Below are positions 8,857 to 18,915 of a stretch of 64,000 bases of DNA, in pieces. Position numbers and translations under genes: made by a program. Where the stretch lies: the NCBI GenBank assembly GCA_009842675.1, contig VYEX01000077.1, forward strand, positions 44,207 to 108,206, given 5' to 3'. Position 1 is the first letter of the stretch. Every line of letters starts with the position of its first letter. The notes beneath the pieces are model-generated. The model saw nothing but the letters and a program-made list of their open reading frames with translations, was not told the origin of the DNA and searched no databases. This DNA is from Acidimicrobiia bacterium (GTDB lineage: Bacteria; Actinomycetota; Acidimicrobiia; Acidimicrobiales; Bin134).

Positions 8857-10392
8857 GTGCTTGCAACTATTCCCGCCTCTGTTCTCGCCGGCATCACCGG
8901 ATATCCGGTTTCCGTGGAGGTCCACGTGTCATCGGGCCTGCCCACCTTCACCGTGGTGGGTCTGCCTGATGCCGCTTGCCGGGAGGCCCGTGACCGGGTT
9001 CGCGCCGCGCTCCTCTCCAGCGGCGTCGATTGGCCCCCGGGCCGCATCACCGTCAACCTGGCCCCCTCGGGCATCCGCAAGGAAGGCTCTGGCCTCGACC
9101 TGGCCATCGCTATGGGAGTTCTGGTTGCCGATGAGCAACTGCCTGCTGAAGCCGTGGGGGATATGGCCTTTCTGGCCGAACTGGGGCTCGACGGTCGGCT
9201 CCGGTCGGTTCCCGGCGTTCTGCCCCAGGTGCGCTCTCTAGAGTCTGCCGCCATTGTCGTAGCCCCGGAGAGCGCCGCGGAGGCTGCGCTGGCCAACGGT
9301 CCTGTGGTAAGGGCGCCGTCCACGCTGGCGGAGCTTGTTTCCGCTCTCCGAGGCGAGGACTCGTGGCCGGAACCGCCCCTGCTGGGGTCGGCTGACTTGC
9401 GGGAGGACGTCGCGGACTTGGCTGATGTGAGAGGACAGCACATGGCCCGTCTGGGCTTGGAGGTGGCTGCTGCCGGTGGGCACCACCTGCTGCTGATCGG
9501 TCCTCCAGGAGCGGGCAAGACCATGCTGGCTCGCCGTCTCCCCGGCCTGCTTCCCCCGTTAGATGAGAACACTGCCATCGAGGCCACCATGGTGCACTCC
9601 GCCGCCGGCTTGGACTTGCCGTCCTCTGGCTTGATTCGCCGAGCTCCTTGGCAGGCGCCCCACCATTCGGCCTCGATGATCGCCTTGGTCGGCGGGGGGA
9701 GCCATACGCTGCGTCCAGGGGCGATCAGCTGTGCCCATGGAGGAGTGCTGTTCTTGGACGAGATGGGGGAGTTCGGCCCTCAAGCCCTGGATGCGCTGCG
9801 CCAGCCCCTTGAGGAAGGGTCGATACGGGTCAACCGGGCCGCGGCTATGGCTACGTTTCCCGCCCGGTTCCTATTGGTAGGGGCGATGAACCCGTGTCCC
9901 TGCGGAGAGCTTGGACAACCTGGCATGTGCCGGTGCACACCAGTGGCCCGCTTGCGCTACGCCCGGCGGCTGAGCGGACCGCTCCTGGATCGATTCGACC
10001 TGAGGATTCATGTAGGCCGGCCGGAGGTGAGTGACCTCTTTGACGCCCCACCGGGTGAATCCTCGGCGCAGGTTCGCGACAGGGTGGATCAGGCACGAGC
10101 TGTCGCCCGCGACCGCGGCGTGGCCTCCAACAGCGAGCTGCCCGATAGTGCGCTGGATCAATTCGCTCCCCTGGACCCAGATGCCAAGAACCTGTTCAGT
10201 CACTCCATTGCCGAGGGCCGTCTTACTGCCCGAGGATTCCAGCGGGTGCGAAGGGTCGCCCTCACCCTGGGCGACTTGGCCGGTCAGGGGCCGCCGCTTA
10301 CCGGCGGCATCGTCGCCCAGGCGCTGTTCATGCGGACTGAGCCGGTCACAGTGGTTCACGATCCATGGAGCTGCTCCAGTGCCCGCCGATGA
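8857..10392 (+). CDS. comM: ComM/YifB-family AAA+ ATPase
   Basis: TVVGLPDAACREARDRVRAAL, GPPGAGKT, LFLDE, AMNPCPCG, SGPLLDRFD. Confidence 0.95.
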   Translation: MLATIPASVLAGITGYPVSVEVHVSSGLPTFTVVGLPDAACREARDRVRAALLSSGVDWPPGRITVNLAPSGIRKEGSGLDLAIAMGVLVADEQLPAEAVGDMAFLAELGLDGRLRSVPGVLPQVRSLESAAIVVAPESAAEAALANGPVVRAPSTLAELVSALRGEDSWPEPPLLGSADLREDVADLADVRGQHMARLGLEVAAAGGHHLLLIGPPGAGKTMLARRLPGLLPPLDENTAIEATMVHSAAGLDLPSSGLIRRAPWQAPHHSASMIALVGGGSHTLRPGAISCAHGGVLFLDEMGEFGPQALDALRQPLEEGSIRVNRAAAMATFPARFLLVGAMNPCPCGELGQPGMCRCTPVARLRYARRLSGPLLDRFDLRIHVGRPEVSDLFDAPPGESSAQVRDRVDQARAVARDRGVASNSELPDSALDQFAPLDPDAKNLFSHSIAEGRLTARGFQRVRRVALTLGDLAGQGPPLTGGIVAQALFMRTEPVTVVHDPWSCSSARR

Positions 10393-11530
10393 GTTCTCCG
10401 TAGCCGGGCCCCATGGCGAAGACGGAGGCGAGCTGCCAGTGGAGGCCTGGCTTGTGGCGCTGGCATCGCTGCCCGCGGTGGGGCCGGCCCGATTGCGGGC
10501 GCTGCTTGAGATCGGGAGCCCGCCCGTGGTGTGGGCCCGCTTGCAGGTGCCGGCATCACCTGAATTGGCCCAGATAGCCGGCAAGCAAGACCTGTACGGC
10601 CAGTGGCAGCGCGCCGCGGCTGGTTTGGATGTGGCGGCATTGTGGGCACGGCACCGCGAATACCGGGTGGGGGTGGCTGCACTGGGCACCCCCGGATACC
10701 CATCCGCTCTGTCCTACGACGTGGATCCGCCCGCGGTCGTGTTTCACAAGGGAGACCCCCAGGTGGTCGGCGGTCCCCGCGTGGCCATAGTCGGGACCCG
10801 CCGATGCACCCGCTACGGCAGTGATGTGGCCTTCGAATTGGGCCGAGACTTGGCCTCGGCCGGCGTGGGCGTCGTCTCCGGACTAGCGCTGGGCATAGAC
10901 GCCGCCGCTCATGCCGGGGCACTGCAAGCCAGAGCAGCCCCACCGATAGCGGTGGTGGGCAACGGCATGGACCGGGTCTATCCCGAGCGCAACCGAGCCC
11001 TGTGGCAAGCGGTGGCCGAACAAGGAGTGCTGTTGGGAGAGGCCCCTTTGGGAGCCCCGCCCGAGCGGTGGCGGTTTCCGGCTCGAAACCGGATCATCGC
11101 CGCGCTGGCCGATGTGGTGGTCGTGGTGGAGTCCCACGCCTCGGGCGGCGCCATGCACACCGTGGCCGAGGCTGCGGCCAGGGATCGAGCGGTGCTGGCG
11201 GTACCCGGTCCGGTCCGCAGCTCGGCATCCGATGGATGCCTCGAATTGCTGGCCGACGGCTGCGCCCCTTGCCGCGACGCCGATGACGTGCTCTTAGTTT
11301 TGGGCCTGTCCGGAGCCGAGACCGCCCCATTGGAAACCCGCCCCGACCCCGGCGATGCCGGGCAGCGAGTGCTGGAGGCACTGGGCTGGCAGCCCGCCGA
11401 TGCCGAGCAGATCAAAGGGCGTACTGGCTTGACCATGTCAGAAGTGGCCGGTGCAGTGGAGGAATTGCGGGTTGCGGGCTGGGTGGCAGTATCGGGCCGC
11501 TGGATAGAGCGGGTGGGCATTCCCCGGTGA
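10379..11530 (+). CDS. dprA: DNA-processing protein DprA (start inferred at GTG 10379)
   Basis: VAIVGTR, VSGLALGIDAAAH, FPARNRIIA, C-terminal winged helix. Confidence 0.95.
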   Translation: MPADEFSVAGPHGEDGGELPVEAWLVALASLPAVGPARLRALLEIGSPPVVWARLQVPASPELAQIAGKQDLYGQWQRAAAGLDVAALWARHREYRVGVAALGTPGYPSALSYDVDPPAVVFHKGDPQVVGGPRVAIVGTRRCTRYGSDVAFELGRDLASAGVGVVSGLALGIDAAAHAGALQARAAPPIAVVGNGMDRVYPERNRALWQAVAEQGVLLGEAPLGAPPERWRFPARNRIIAALADVVVVVESHASGGAMHTVAEAAARDRAVLAVPGPVRSSASDGCLELLADGCAPCRDADDVLLVLGLSGAETAPLETRPDPGDAGQRVLEALGWQPADAEQIKGRTGLTMSEVAGAVEELRVAGWVAVSGRWIERVGIPR

Positions 11531-11558
11531 GTTGGACCACAACCCGTAGTCTGGAGGG

Positions 11559-12470
11559 TTGATGGGGTGGGATCTGGACGCGTTTGCTGCGTCGACCGCT
11601 TCGGTCAGTGACGAAACCGCGGCAATGTACTGCCGCGAAGTAGCCGCGTTCTCCGAATGGCTTGCCGACAGCCGACATGGGTCCGGGACAGCTGATTCCT
11701 GGGATCCCGCTCCCGCAGAGGTCGATCTGCGCATGGTTCGCAGGTATCTGGCCCACCTGAGCAACAGGGGCTATGCCCGCAAGACGGTGGCCCGCAAGGC
11801 CACCTCCCTGCGACGCTATTTCGGTTGGGCGGAGCGCACCGGCCGGGTCGCCGCAGACCCCACCGTAGGGGCGATGACACCGACACGAGAGCGGCGGTTG
11901 CCCCGCGTGCTGCGCGCTGAGGAGCTGGGGACCCTGCTAGATGAGCCGCGTGCCGCAGTGGCCGACGACAGCAGCGCTCGGCAGGCTCGCGACATCGCGG
12001 TGCTGGAGCTGCTCTACGGCAGCGGTCTACGGGTCAGCGAAGTGTGCGCCATGCGGATTGGGGACATTGATCTGTCCCGTCGGCGCCTGATCGTGCACGG
12101 AAAGGGTTCGAAGCAGCGGGTCGTGCCGCTGAGCGAGCCGGCAGCTGTCGCCCTGGAGGAGTGGTTGGACCATGGGCGGCCGGAGATGGCTGATCCATCC
12201 ACAGCCGGTGATGCCGTGTTCGTGAACCTGTACGGGCGACCGCTGAACACCCAGGCCGTGCGGCGGCTCGTCAACCGTCGAGCGAGCACTCAGACCAACC
12301 CCCACGCCCTGCGGCACACGTTCGCCACCCATCTGCTCGACGGTGGGGCCGACCTGAGGCAGGTGCAGGAGCTGTTGGGCCACGCCGATCTGGGGTCCAC
12401 GCAGATATACACCCACGTCAGCCGTGACCGGCTCCGACGGGTGGTGGAGAAGAGCCACCCTCGGGCCTGA
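11559..12470 (+). CDS. xerC: Tyrosine recombinase XerC
   Basis: LYGSGLRVSE, GKGSKQR, HALRHTFATHLL, LLGH...TQIY; position after dprA. Confidence 0.9.
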   Translation: MMGWDLDAFAASTASVSDETAAMYCREVAAFSEWLADSRHGSGTADSWDPAPAEVDLRMVRRYLAHLSNRGYARKTVARKATSLRRYFGWAERTGRVAADPTVGAMTPTRERRLPRVLRAEELGTLLDEPRAAVADDSSARQARDIAVLELLYGSGLRVSEVCAMRIGDIDLSRRRLIVHGKGSKQRVVPLSEPAAVALEEWLDHGRPEMADPSTAGDAVFVNLYGRPLNTQAVRRLVNRRASTQTNPHALRHTFATHLLDGGADLRQVQELLGHADLGSTQIYTHVSRDRLRRVVEKSHPRA

Positions 12471-12536
12471 CAACCGCGGTTTGCCGGTAGTCTGAGAGCC
12501 GGCTTCCCCCCGGCTTTACAAGACTGAGGACAAGCC

Positions 12537-13076
12537 ATGGTGCTGGGAATGCGCATCGGCGGGCTGGCTGCTGTGGCGGTGTCGGCCTGGCTGGCACTCA
12601 GCCCCGCTCAGCCCGCGCCGGAGACGTTCCCACCGCCTGCTCTGAGTGAGGCGGCGCCGTCCCTTGTGGTGTACCGGCCTCCGGTGGACGCCGAGGTTGT
12701 CGATTCCTTTCGACCCCCGGCCCATGTGGGCGCACCGGGCAATCGGGGCTTGGAGTACGACCCCGAGCCGGGCCAGCCGGTATGGGCTTCAGCCGGAGGC
12801 GAAGTGGTGTTCGCCGGTCAAGTGGCCCGCAACCGGTTTGTGACCGTGCTCCACCGCGACGGGCTGCGCACCTCATATGGATACCTGGGCTGGATGGCAG
12901 TTGACGAGGGCGACATGGTGACTCCTGGTCAGTTGCTGGGCACCACATCAGGGCGGTTCTTCTTCAGTGTTCGCATTGGAGACCAATACCTTGATCCTGC
13001 CTTGGTTCTGTCATCGGGGCGCGTGCGGCTGGTACCCCATGGTGAGGCCGTTGGCCGCGGTCGGCTTCCTGCGTAG
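12537..13076 (+). CDS. Secreted M23-family peptidase-like protein
   Basis: Signal peptide, M23-like segment GNRGLEY...VVFAGQV...LRTSY; usual position before rpsB. Confidence 0.75.
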   Translation: MVLGMRIGGLAAVAVSAWLALSPAQPAPETFPPPALSEAAPSLVVYRPPVDAEVVDSFRPPAHVGAPGNRGLEYDPEPGQPVWASAGGEVVFAGQVARNRFVTVLHRDGLRTSYGYLGWMAVDEGDMVTPGQLLGTTSGRFFFSVRIGDQYLDPALVLSSGRVRLVPHGEAVGRGRLPA

Positions 13077-13132
13077 TAAGACGCCCAGACCAATTTGCGG
13101 CCGGACCACTAGGGTTCGAGGCCGTCGTCCGG

Positions 13133-13255
13133 CTATCGTTGTTCCCGGCCTGAAAGCAGTTTCCGGCCGTAGACAAATTCCGCCCGGGGCATCCCACGGT
13201 CGCCAATTGGTGCTGACCCCGGGTCTCGATGAACCGCTGGGAGAGGAGAAACACC
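13133..13255 (+). promoter_or_regulatory. rpsB promoter and structured leader (putative S2 autoregulatory leader)
   Basis: TATCGT -10-like box; stems CGGCC...GGCCG and CCCGGGG...CCCCGGG; SD GAGAGGAG. Confidence 0.45.
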
Positions 13256-14272
13256 ATGGCGCCAGTCGTGACGATGCGTCAGCTGCTCGATGCTGGAGTC
13301 CACTTCGGACACCAGACCCGCCGTTGGAATCCGAAAATGCAGAGGTTCATTTTCGGTGAGCGCAACGGCATCTACATCATCGATCTGACCCAGACGCTCG
13401 CCCATATCGAGGCGGCCTACACCTTTGTTCGCGATCTGGTGGCCAAAGGCGGCCAAGTGCTGTTTGTGGGAACCAAGAAGCAAGCCCAAGACAGCGTGCA
13501 GAGTTACGCCGAGCGTGTGGGCATGCCCTATGTGAATGAGCGTTGGCTGGGTGGTCTCCTGACCAACTTCGAGACAATCTCCAAGCGCATGGGCAAGATG
13601 AAGGAATTCCAGCGGATGCGCAGTTCGGGCGAGCTTGACGTGATGCCCAAGAAGGAGGCGTTGCTCATTTCCCGGGAGTTGGCGAAGCTTGAGCGCAACT
13701 TAAACGGCATTCGCGACCTGACTCGACCTCCCGATGCGGTTTTCGTGCTCGACACGAAAAAGGAACACATCGCGGTAGCCGAGGCCAACAAGCTGAAGCT
13801 GCCGGTAATAGCCGTAGTGGACACCAATTGCGATCCCGATGTCATTCAATTCGTCATCCCTGGAAATGACGATGCGATCCGGTCAGGAGAGCTGATGTGC
13901 CGAATCATCAGCGATGCGGTGCTCGAAGGCCGCTTCATCGCACAGGGAAATGCCTCCGCCAAGTCTCAGCCGACGGAAGAGGCTCCGACGGAAGACGACA
14001 CATCGGCCGCTCCCGCAGACGAAGCTCCGGCGGCTTCGGAGGCCGCTGCCGCAGAAGATTCCTCCGAGGTGGCGGAATCGCAGCCTGATGGGGACGCCCC
14101 GGCGGCTGCTGAGGCCGCTCCCGCAGACGAAGCTCCGGCGGCTTCGGAGGCCGCTGCCGCAGAAGATTCCTCCGAGGTGGCGGAATCGCAGCCTGATGGG
14201 GACGCCCCGGCGGCTGCGTCTGCCGAGCTAGCTGTTGATGCCGAATCGACCGAGCCCCAGGAGCAAGTGTGA
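13256..14272 (+). CDS. rpsB: 30S ribosomal protein S2 with duplicated acidic tail
   Basis: [28 protein letters not shown]. Confidence 0.99.
   Translation: MAPVVTMRQLLDAGVHFGHQTRRWNPKMQRFIFGERNGIYIIDLTQTLAHIEAAYTFVRDLVAKGGQVLFVGTKKQAQDSVQSYAERVGMPYVNERWLGGLLTNFETISKRMGKMKEFQRMRSSGELDVMPKKEALLISRELAKLERNLNGIRDLTRPPDAVFVLDTKKEHIAVAEANKLKLPVIAVVDTNCDPDVIQFVIPGNDDAIRSGELMCRIISDAVLEGRFIAQGNASAKSQPTEEAPTEDDTSAAPADEAPAASEAAAAEDSSEVAESQPDGDAPAAAEAAPADEAPAASEAAAAEDSSEVAESQPDGDAPAAASAELAVDAESTEPQEQV
14005..14217 (+). repeat. In-frame tandem duplication in the rpsB tail (105 bp identical, period 108)
   Basis: Copies start at 14005 and 14113; each encodes [35 protein letters not shown]. Confidence 0.95.
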
Positions 14273-15060
14273 GTTCGTTTACCGCCCAAGACGTCAAGGC
14301 CCTTCGCGATGCCACTGGCGCCGGAATGATGGACTGCAAGCGCGCCCTCACTGAGAATGAGGGCGACATGGAGGCCGCCACCCAATGGCTCCGCGAGAAG
14401 GGCATGGCCAAGGCTGCGGCCCGAGCAGATAGGGCCAGCGACCAGGGAACAGTGGCCCTTGCCGCCGACGGTGAGGCTGCCGCCATCGTCGAGCTTCGCT
14501 GCGAGACAGATTTTTCCGCGAAGGCTGATGACTTCACCTCTATGGCTGAAGAGCTGGCCCAGCTGGTGCTGGCCGAGGGGGAAGACTCGGTGGAGTCTCG
14601 CAAGGCCGAGATCGAGGATCTCAGTCTGGCCAAGAAGGAGAATGTCCGGGTGGGCAAGGTGGTCAAGGTTCAGGCCGCTGATGGGAACATTCTGGACACC
14701 TACCTCCACACCCAGGACGGCCGGGGCACCAGTGCGGTTGTGGTGGAGGCCCGTGGCGTGAGTCAGGAGCTGGCCCATGAGATCGCCCTTCACATTGCCT
14801 TCGCCAAACCCTCGGTCTTGCACCGAGACGATGTCGACCCGGAAGAGGTGGAGAGGGAGCGCGTTGCGCTGACCGAGATGACCAAGGCCGAGGGCAAGCC
14901 TGAACAGGCCTGGGACAAGATCGTCACCGGCCGACTCAGGGCGTGGTACGCAGAGCGGGTGTTGCTGGAACAGGGCATGTTCGGGGAGAAGGAGACTGTG
15001 CAGTCCCGGTTGGGGGACGGCGAGATTGTCCGGTTCGAGCTGGCGGCTATCGGCAGTTAG
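14269..15060 (+). CDS. tsf: Elongation factor Ts
   Basis: [27 protein letters not shown]. Confidence 0.98.
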   Translation: MSSFTAQDVKALRDATGAGMMDCKRALTENEGDMEAATQWLREKGMAKAAARADRASDQGTVALAADGEAAAIVELRCETDFSAKADDFTSMAEELAQLVLAEGEDSVESRKAEIEDLSLAKKENVRVGKVVKVQAADGNILDTYLHTQDGRGTSAVVVEARGVSQELAHEIALHIAFAKPSVLHRDDVDPEEVERERVALTEMTKAEGKPEQAWDKIVTGRLRAWYAERVLLEQGMFGEKETVQSRLGDGEIVRFELAAIGS

Positions 15061-15069
15061 CACAGACCC

Positions 15070-15810
15070 ATGACCAGCGAGCGCACCAAGAGGTCGGGCC
15101 GATGGGACCGAATCGTCTTGAAGCTCTCCGGCGAGGCCTTTGCCGGAGAGGCTGGATACGGCATTGACGGGGAAATCGCCGCGCAGATCGCCAGCGAGAT
15201 CGTCAAGGTCAGGGCCGAGTTCGATGTAGATGTGGCCGTGGTGGTGGGCGGCGGGAACATCTGGCGGGGCATGACCGGAGCGGGCGCGGGAATGGACCGG
15301 GCCCAGGCCGACTACATGGGGATGCTGGCCACTGTCATCAACGCGCTTGCGCTGCAAGACACCCTCGAAAGGCTCAATCAGCCCACTCGGGTGCAGACGG
15401 CCATCGGCATGGCCCAGGTTGCCGAGCCATACATCCGCCGCCGGGCAATTCGACACTTGGAAAAGGGTCGCGTGGTCATTTTCGCCGCTGGCACCGGCAA
15501 TCCGTTCTTCACCACCGATACCGCAGCGGCGCTGCGAGCTGTGGAAATCGAGGCCGGAGTCCTCCTGAAGGGCACCCACAGCGGAACAGACGGGATTTAT
15601 ACCGCCGATCCTCGAACCGATCCCAATGCCGAGAAGCTCGATGAAGTGCAGTACTTGGATGTGCTGTCCCAGGGCCTGAGGGCCATGGACAGCACCGCGG
15701 TCTCTTTGTGCATGGACAACAAGTTGCCCATCGTCGTGTTCGACCTCATGAAGCCGGGAAACGTAAGCGCCATACTCGACGGGCAGTTGATCGGTACTCT
15801 GGTGTCATGA
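15070..15810 (+). CDS. pyrH: UMP kinase
   Basis: [24 protein letters not shown]. Confidence 0.98.
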   Translation: MTSERTKRSGRWDRIVLKLSGEAFAGEAGYGIDGEIAAQIASEIVKVRAEFDVDVAVVVGGGNIWRGMTGAGAGMDRAQADYMGMLATVINALALQDTLERLNQPTRVQTAIGMAQVAEPYIRRRAIRHLEKGRVVIFAAGTGNPFFTTDTAAALRAVEIEAGVLLKGTHSGTDGIYTADPRTDPNAEKLDEVQYLDVLSQGLRAMDSTAVSLCMDNKLPIVVFDLMKPGNVSAILDGQLIGTLVS

Positions 15811-15834
15811 GGGATGCCCCAAGGCATCGAAATA

Positions 15835-16410
15835 ATGACAACCGGCGATGAGTTGACCGATTTAGTGTTGGACGAAGCCGGTGGGCGCATGGACTCCGCC
15901 GTCCATCACACACGCCAGCAGTTCGCCTCCGTCAGAACCGGGCGGGCCTCTCCGGCGCTGTTCGAACGGTTTCTCGTGGAGTACTACGGCACCGAAGTCC
16001 CCTTGCAACAGCTGGCCAGCTTCAGCGTCCCCGAAGCGCAGTTGCTCGTCATCTCCCCGTTCGACAAGAGCTCCATATCGGCCATCGAAAGGGCCATCAT
16101 TCAAGCCGACCTCGGGCTCAATCCCAGCAACGACGGCAATGTTGTGAGGCTCACGTTCCCACCTCTGACCGAAGAGCGCCGCCGCGAGCTCGTCAGATTG
16201 GTCAAGCAGATGGCTGAAGAGGGGCGAGTGGCGATTCGAAACACCCGCCGCAGCAGCCGCCACGACATCGACCAGCTCAGCAAAGACGGGGATGTCTCTG
16301 AGGACATCGCCGCCCGGACCGAGAAGGAGCTCGACCGGCTAACCCACGACCATGAGCAGCTAATAAATGATGCCTTGAGTGTCAAAGAACAAGAGCTGCT
16401 CGAGATCTAG
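15835..16410 (+). CDS. frr: Ribosome recycling factor (alternative start 15814)
   Basis: VRTGRASP, YYGTEVPL, PPLTEERRRELV. Confidence 0.97.
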   Translation: MTTGDELTDLVLDEAGGRMDSAVHHTRQQFASVRTGRASPALFERFLVEYYGTEVPLQQLASFSVPEAQLLVISPFDKSSISAIERAIIQADLGLNPSNDGNVVRLTFPPLTEERRRELVRLVKQMAEEGRVAIRNTRRSSRHDIDQLSKDGDVSEDIAARTEKELDRLTHDHEQLINDALSVKEQELLEI

Positions 16411-16422
16411 CCTGGAGGGGCA

Positions 16423-17706
16423 GTGGACGACGACAATCCTTTCCAACGACCAAATGACCAGTTCGAAGAGGCGCCTGAAGACGATCAGGCCACCTTCTTG
16501 GACGATCTGACTTCCCTGTTCGACGAAGAAGAGGATGAGTCCGAACTTGCCGTTTGGGATGAACCTGCCGACACCGGCTCAGACGCCGACGAGGGCTGGG
16601 ACAGCCTCACCGAGGCCGCGCCCCGGTGGCGCGAAGACTCGGACGAGCACACATTCGCCGACCTAGCTGATCCCGTTGGAGGCAGCCCAATTGATGTCGG
16701 CGGAGCAACCGAAGGGGCAAGCGTCTTCGAAGACCCTGAGCCCACTGAGGCGGTGGAGTTTCCCTCGGTGGACCGGGTGGATGAGGTGCTGTCTTTGGAC
16801 GTAGCCGATTCTCCGTCCGTTGCAGAAATGCCGTCGCCCCTATCGGCACCGCATTCGACGGGTACCCACCCGAGGGCTACTGGCGCCAACGGCAACCTGA
16901 TGAGGGCCGTTGTGGTCGGATTGCTGCTGGGCGGCATCGTGCTAGGCGCGATCGCTCTGGGAGAGCGAGTCACTCTTGCGGTGTTGGTCATCGCACTGCT
17001 CATCGCCGCGGCGGAGTGGTTCACCACGCTGCGCCATGCTGGCTATCAGCCCCCAACGCTGGTGGGATTCGCCGCGGTGGTTGCCCTGCCGATAGCCGCC
17101 TTTTGGCGGGGCGCCGACGGGATGGTGATGGTGTTGGTCTTCGCGCTGTTCGGAGCCGGGCTGTGGTATTTGGGCGGCATTGGCCGCGACCGTCCGCTGG
17201 CCAATCTCGGGGTCACCCTGCTGGGCATCACCTATATCGGAGTCACCGGGGCGTTCGGCGGGCTCCTGCTGGACAACCCGGATGGAGCGGAACTAGTGCT
17301 GAGCGCGGTGATCTTGACCGTGGCCCACGACGTGGGGGCTTTCGCCGTCGGGCGGGCCGCAGGCCGCACGCCGTTGTCGAAGTCCAGTCCGAACAAGACG
17401 GTCGAGGGTTTGATCGGCGGCACGATTCTCACCATCGCAGTCGCATTGGTGTTCATCTCCATTCTGGAGATCGGCCCCTTTGGGGAAGAGCCTGGGTCGC
17501 GCTCCGATGGCGTCATCCTGGGCATCGTGATTGCCGCAGTTGCCCCGCTTTCCGATCTTCTGGAGTCGGCTCTCAAACGTGACCTCGGCGTCAAGGACAT
17601 GGGATCTTTGCTGCCCGGCCATGGAGGCATGCTGGATCGGATTGACGCCCTGCTCTTCGTTCTGCCGGCCACCTACTTCACCGCTCTCATGCTTGGGGTG
17701 ATCTGA
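16423..17706 (+). CDS. cdsA: Phosphatidate cytidylyltransferase with long acidic N-terminus
   Basis: SPNKTVEG, KRDLGVKDMGSLLPGHGGMLDRID. Confidence 0.95.
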   Translation: MDDDNPFQRPNDQFEEAPEDDQATFLDDLTSLFDEEEDESELAVWDEPADTGSDADEGWDSLTEAAPRWREDSDEHTFADLADPVGGSPIDVGGATEGASVFEDPEPTEAVEFPSVDRVDEVLSLDVADSPSVAEMPSPLSAPHSTGTHPRATGANGNLMRAVVVGLLLGGIVLGAIALGERVTLAVLVIALLIAAAEWFTTLRHAGYQPPTLVGFAAVVALPIAAFWRGADGMVMVLVFALFGAGLWYLGGIGRDRPLANLGVTLLGITYIGVTGAFGGLLLDNPDGAELVLSAVILTVAHDVGAFAVGRAAGRTPLSKSSPNKTVEGLIGGTILTIAVALVFISILEIGPFGEEPGSRSDGVILGIVIAAVAPLSDLLESALKRDLGVKDMGSLLPGHGGMLDRIDALLFVLPATYFTALMLGVI

Positions 17707-17736
17707 GCTTCCGGTCTATACCGACGTGATTCGCTC

Positions 17737-18912
17737 ATGACCTCCCTGTCTTTGCTTGGTTCCACTGGCTCAATCGGCGTTCAGACGCTGGACGTGATTC
17801 GGGCCGAATCCGAGGCCTGGGACGTGGTGGCTCTGGGTGCGGGACGCTCAATCGAGCAATTGGTGGTCCAAGCCCGAGAATTTCGCCCCCGCATTGTGGT
17901 GGTCGGCGATGACGGTCTGGTTCCCGAAGTACAGGAGGCACTGCCAGGGGTGACCGTGGCCAGTGGCTCAAAAGCACTAGCCGAGGCAGCCGCCATGGGG
18001 GAGGTGGTGGTCAACGGTGTTGTCGGTTTCGCCGGTCTGCCGGTGACGCTTGCCGCCCTGGAGAATGGTCGACGCCTGGCACTGGCCAACAAGGAGTCGC
18101 TGATCGCCGCTGGCCCGGTAGTCCAGCGGGCCCGGCAGACCTCCGGCGCCGAGCTGTTGCCAGTGGACAGCGAGCACTGCGCGGTCCACCAGTGCCTGCG
18201 GGCCAACGATGTGTTCACCACCGAAGCGGGAATGGAGCGCGTTCATCGCATAGTGCTCACCGCCAGCGGCGGGCCGTTCCGGGGCCGAACGAGGAGCGAG
18301 TTGGCCGATGTGACCGTGGAGCACGCGTTGGCCCACCCCACCTGGAGCATGGGCCCCAAGATCACGGTGGACTCCTCCACGCTGATGAACAAGGGCTTGG
18401 AAGTGATCGAGGCCAACGAGCTGTTCGGAATGGGGTATGACCGCATCGAGGTGGTGATCCATCCCCAGTCGGTGGTCCATTCCATGGTGGAGTACACCGA
18501 TGGCGCCACTATCGCCCAGCTCTCCCTGCCCGACATGCGGCTGTGCATTGGTTACGCCATGGCCTATCCCGACCGCATTGCCACGCCATTTGGCCGCATC
18601 GACTGGGCGGAGCTGCGCCGCTTGGATTTCGAGCCCCCCGACACCGAGGCGTTTCCCTGTCTGGAGTTGGCCTACACCGCCGGGCGCATGGGCGAGACTG
18701 CACCCGCTTTGCTGAATGCGGCCAACGAGGTGGCCGTGCAGGCTTTTCTCGATGAGCGGATACGATGGACAGCAATTCCCGAGATTCTGGAGACGGTCTT
18801 AGGCGACCACGACGGCACCGAGGCCGACTCCCTGGAGGCGGTCATGGAGATCGACGGCAAAGCCCGAGCCGCGGCCGAGCGAGTCGTCGTTAGCCAATCC
18901 GACCGCACTTAG
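17737..18912 (+). CDS. dxr: DXP reductoisomerase
   Basis: LGSTGSIG, LANKES, PVDSEH, HPTWSMGPKITVDS. Confidence 0.98.
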   Translation: MTSLSLLGSTGSIGVQTLDVIRAESEAWDVVALGAGRSIEQLVVQAREFRPRIVVVGDDGLVPEVQEALPGVTVASGSKALAEAAAMGEVVVNGVVGFAGLPVTLAALENGRRLALANKESLIAAGPVVQRARQTSGAELLPVDSEHCAVHQCLRANDVFTTEAGMERVHRIVLTASGGPFRGRTRSELADVTVEHALAHPTWSMGPKITVDSSTLMNKGLEVIEANELFGMGYDRIEVVIHPQSVVHSMVEYTDGATIAQLSLPDMRLCIGYAMAYPDRIATPFGRIDWAELRRLDFEPPDTEAFPCLELAYTAGRMGETAPALLNAANEVAVQAFLDERIRWTAIPEILETVLGDHDGTEADSLEAVMEIDGKARAAAERVVVSQSDRT

Positions 18913-18915
18913 TCG

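Noticed and set aside
11559-12470. Tyrosine recombinase as a prophage or island integrase
   Set aside because: Size and dprA-xerC-rpsB synteny fit housekeeping XerC; no cargo genes or att sites.
15807-15851. Mini-ORF overlapping the pyrH stop
   Set aside because: Its stop is not coupled to the frr start and there is no duplication signature.
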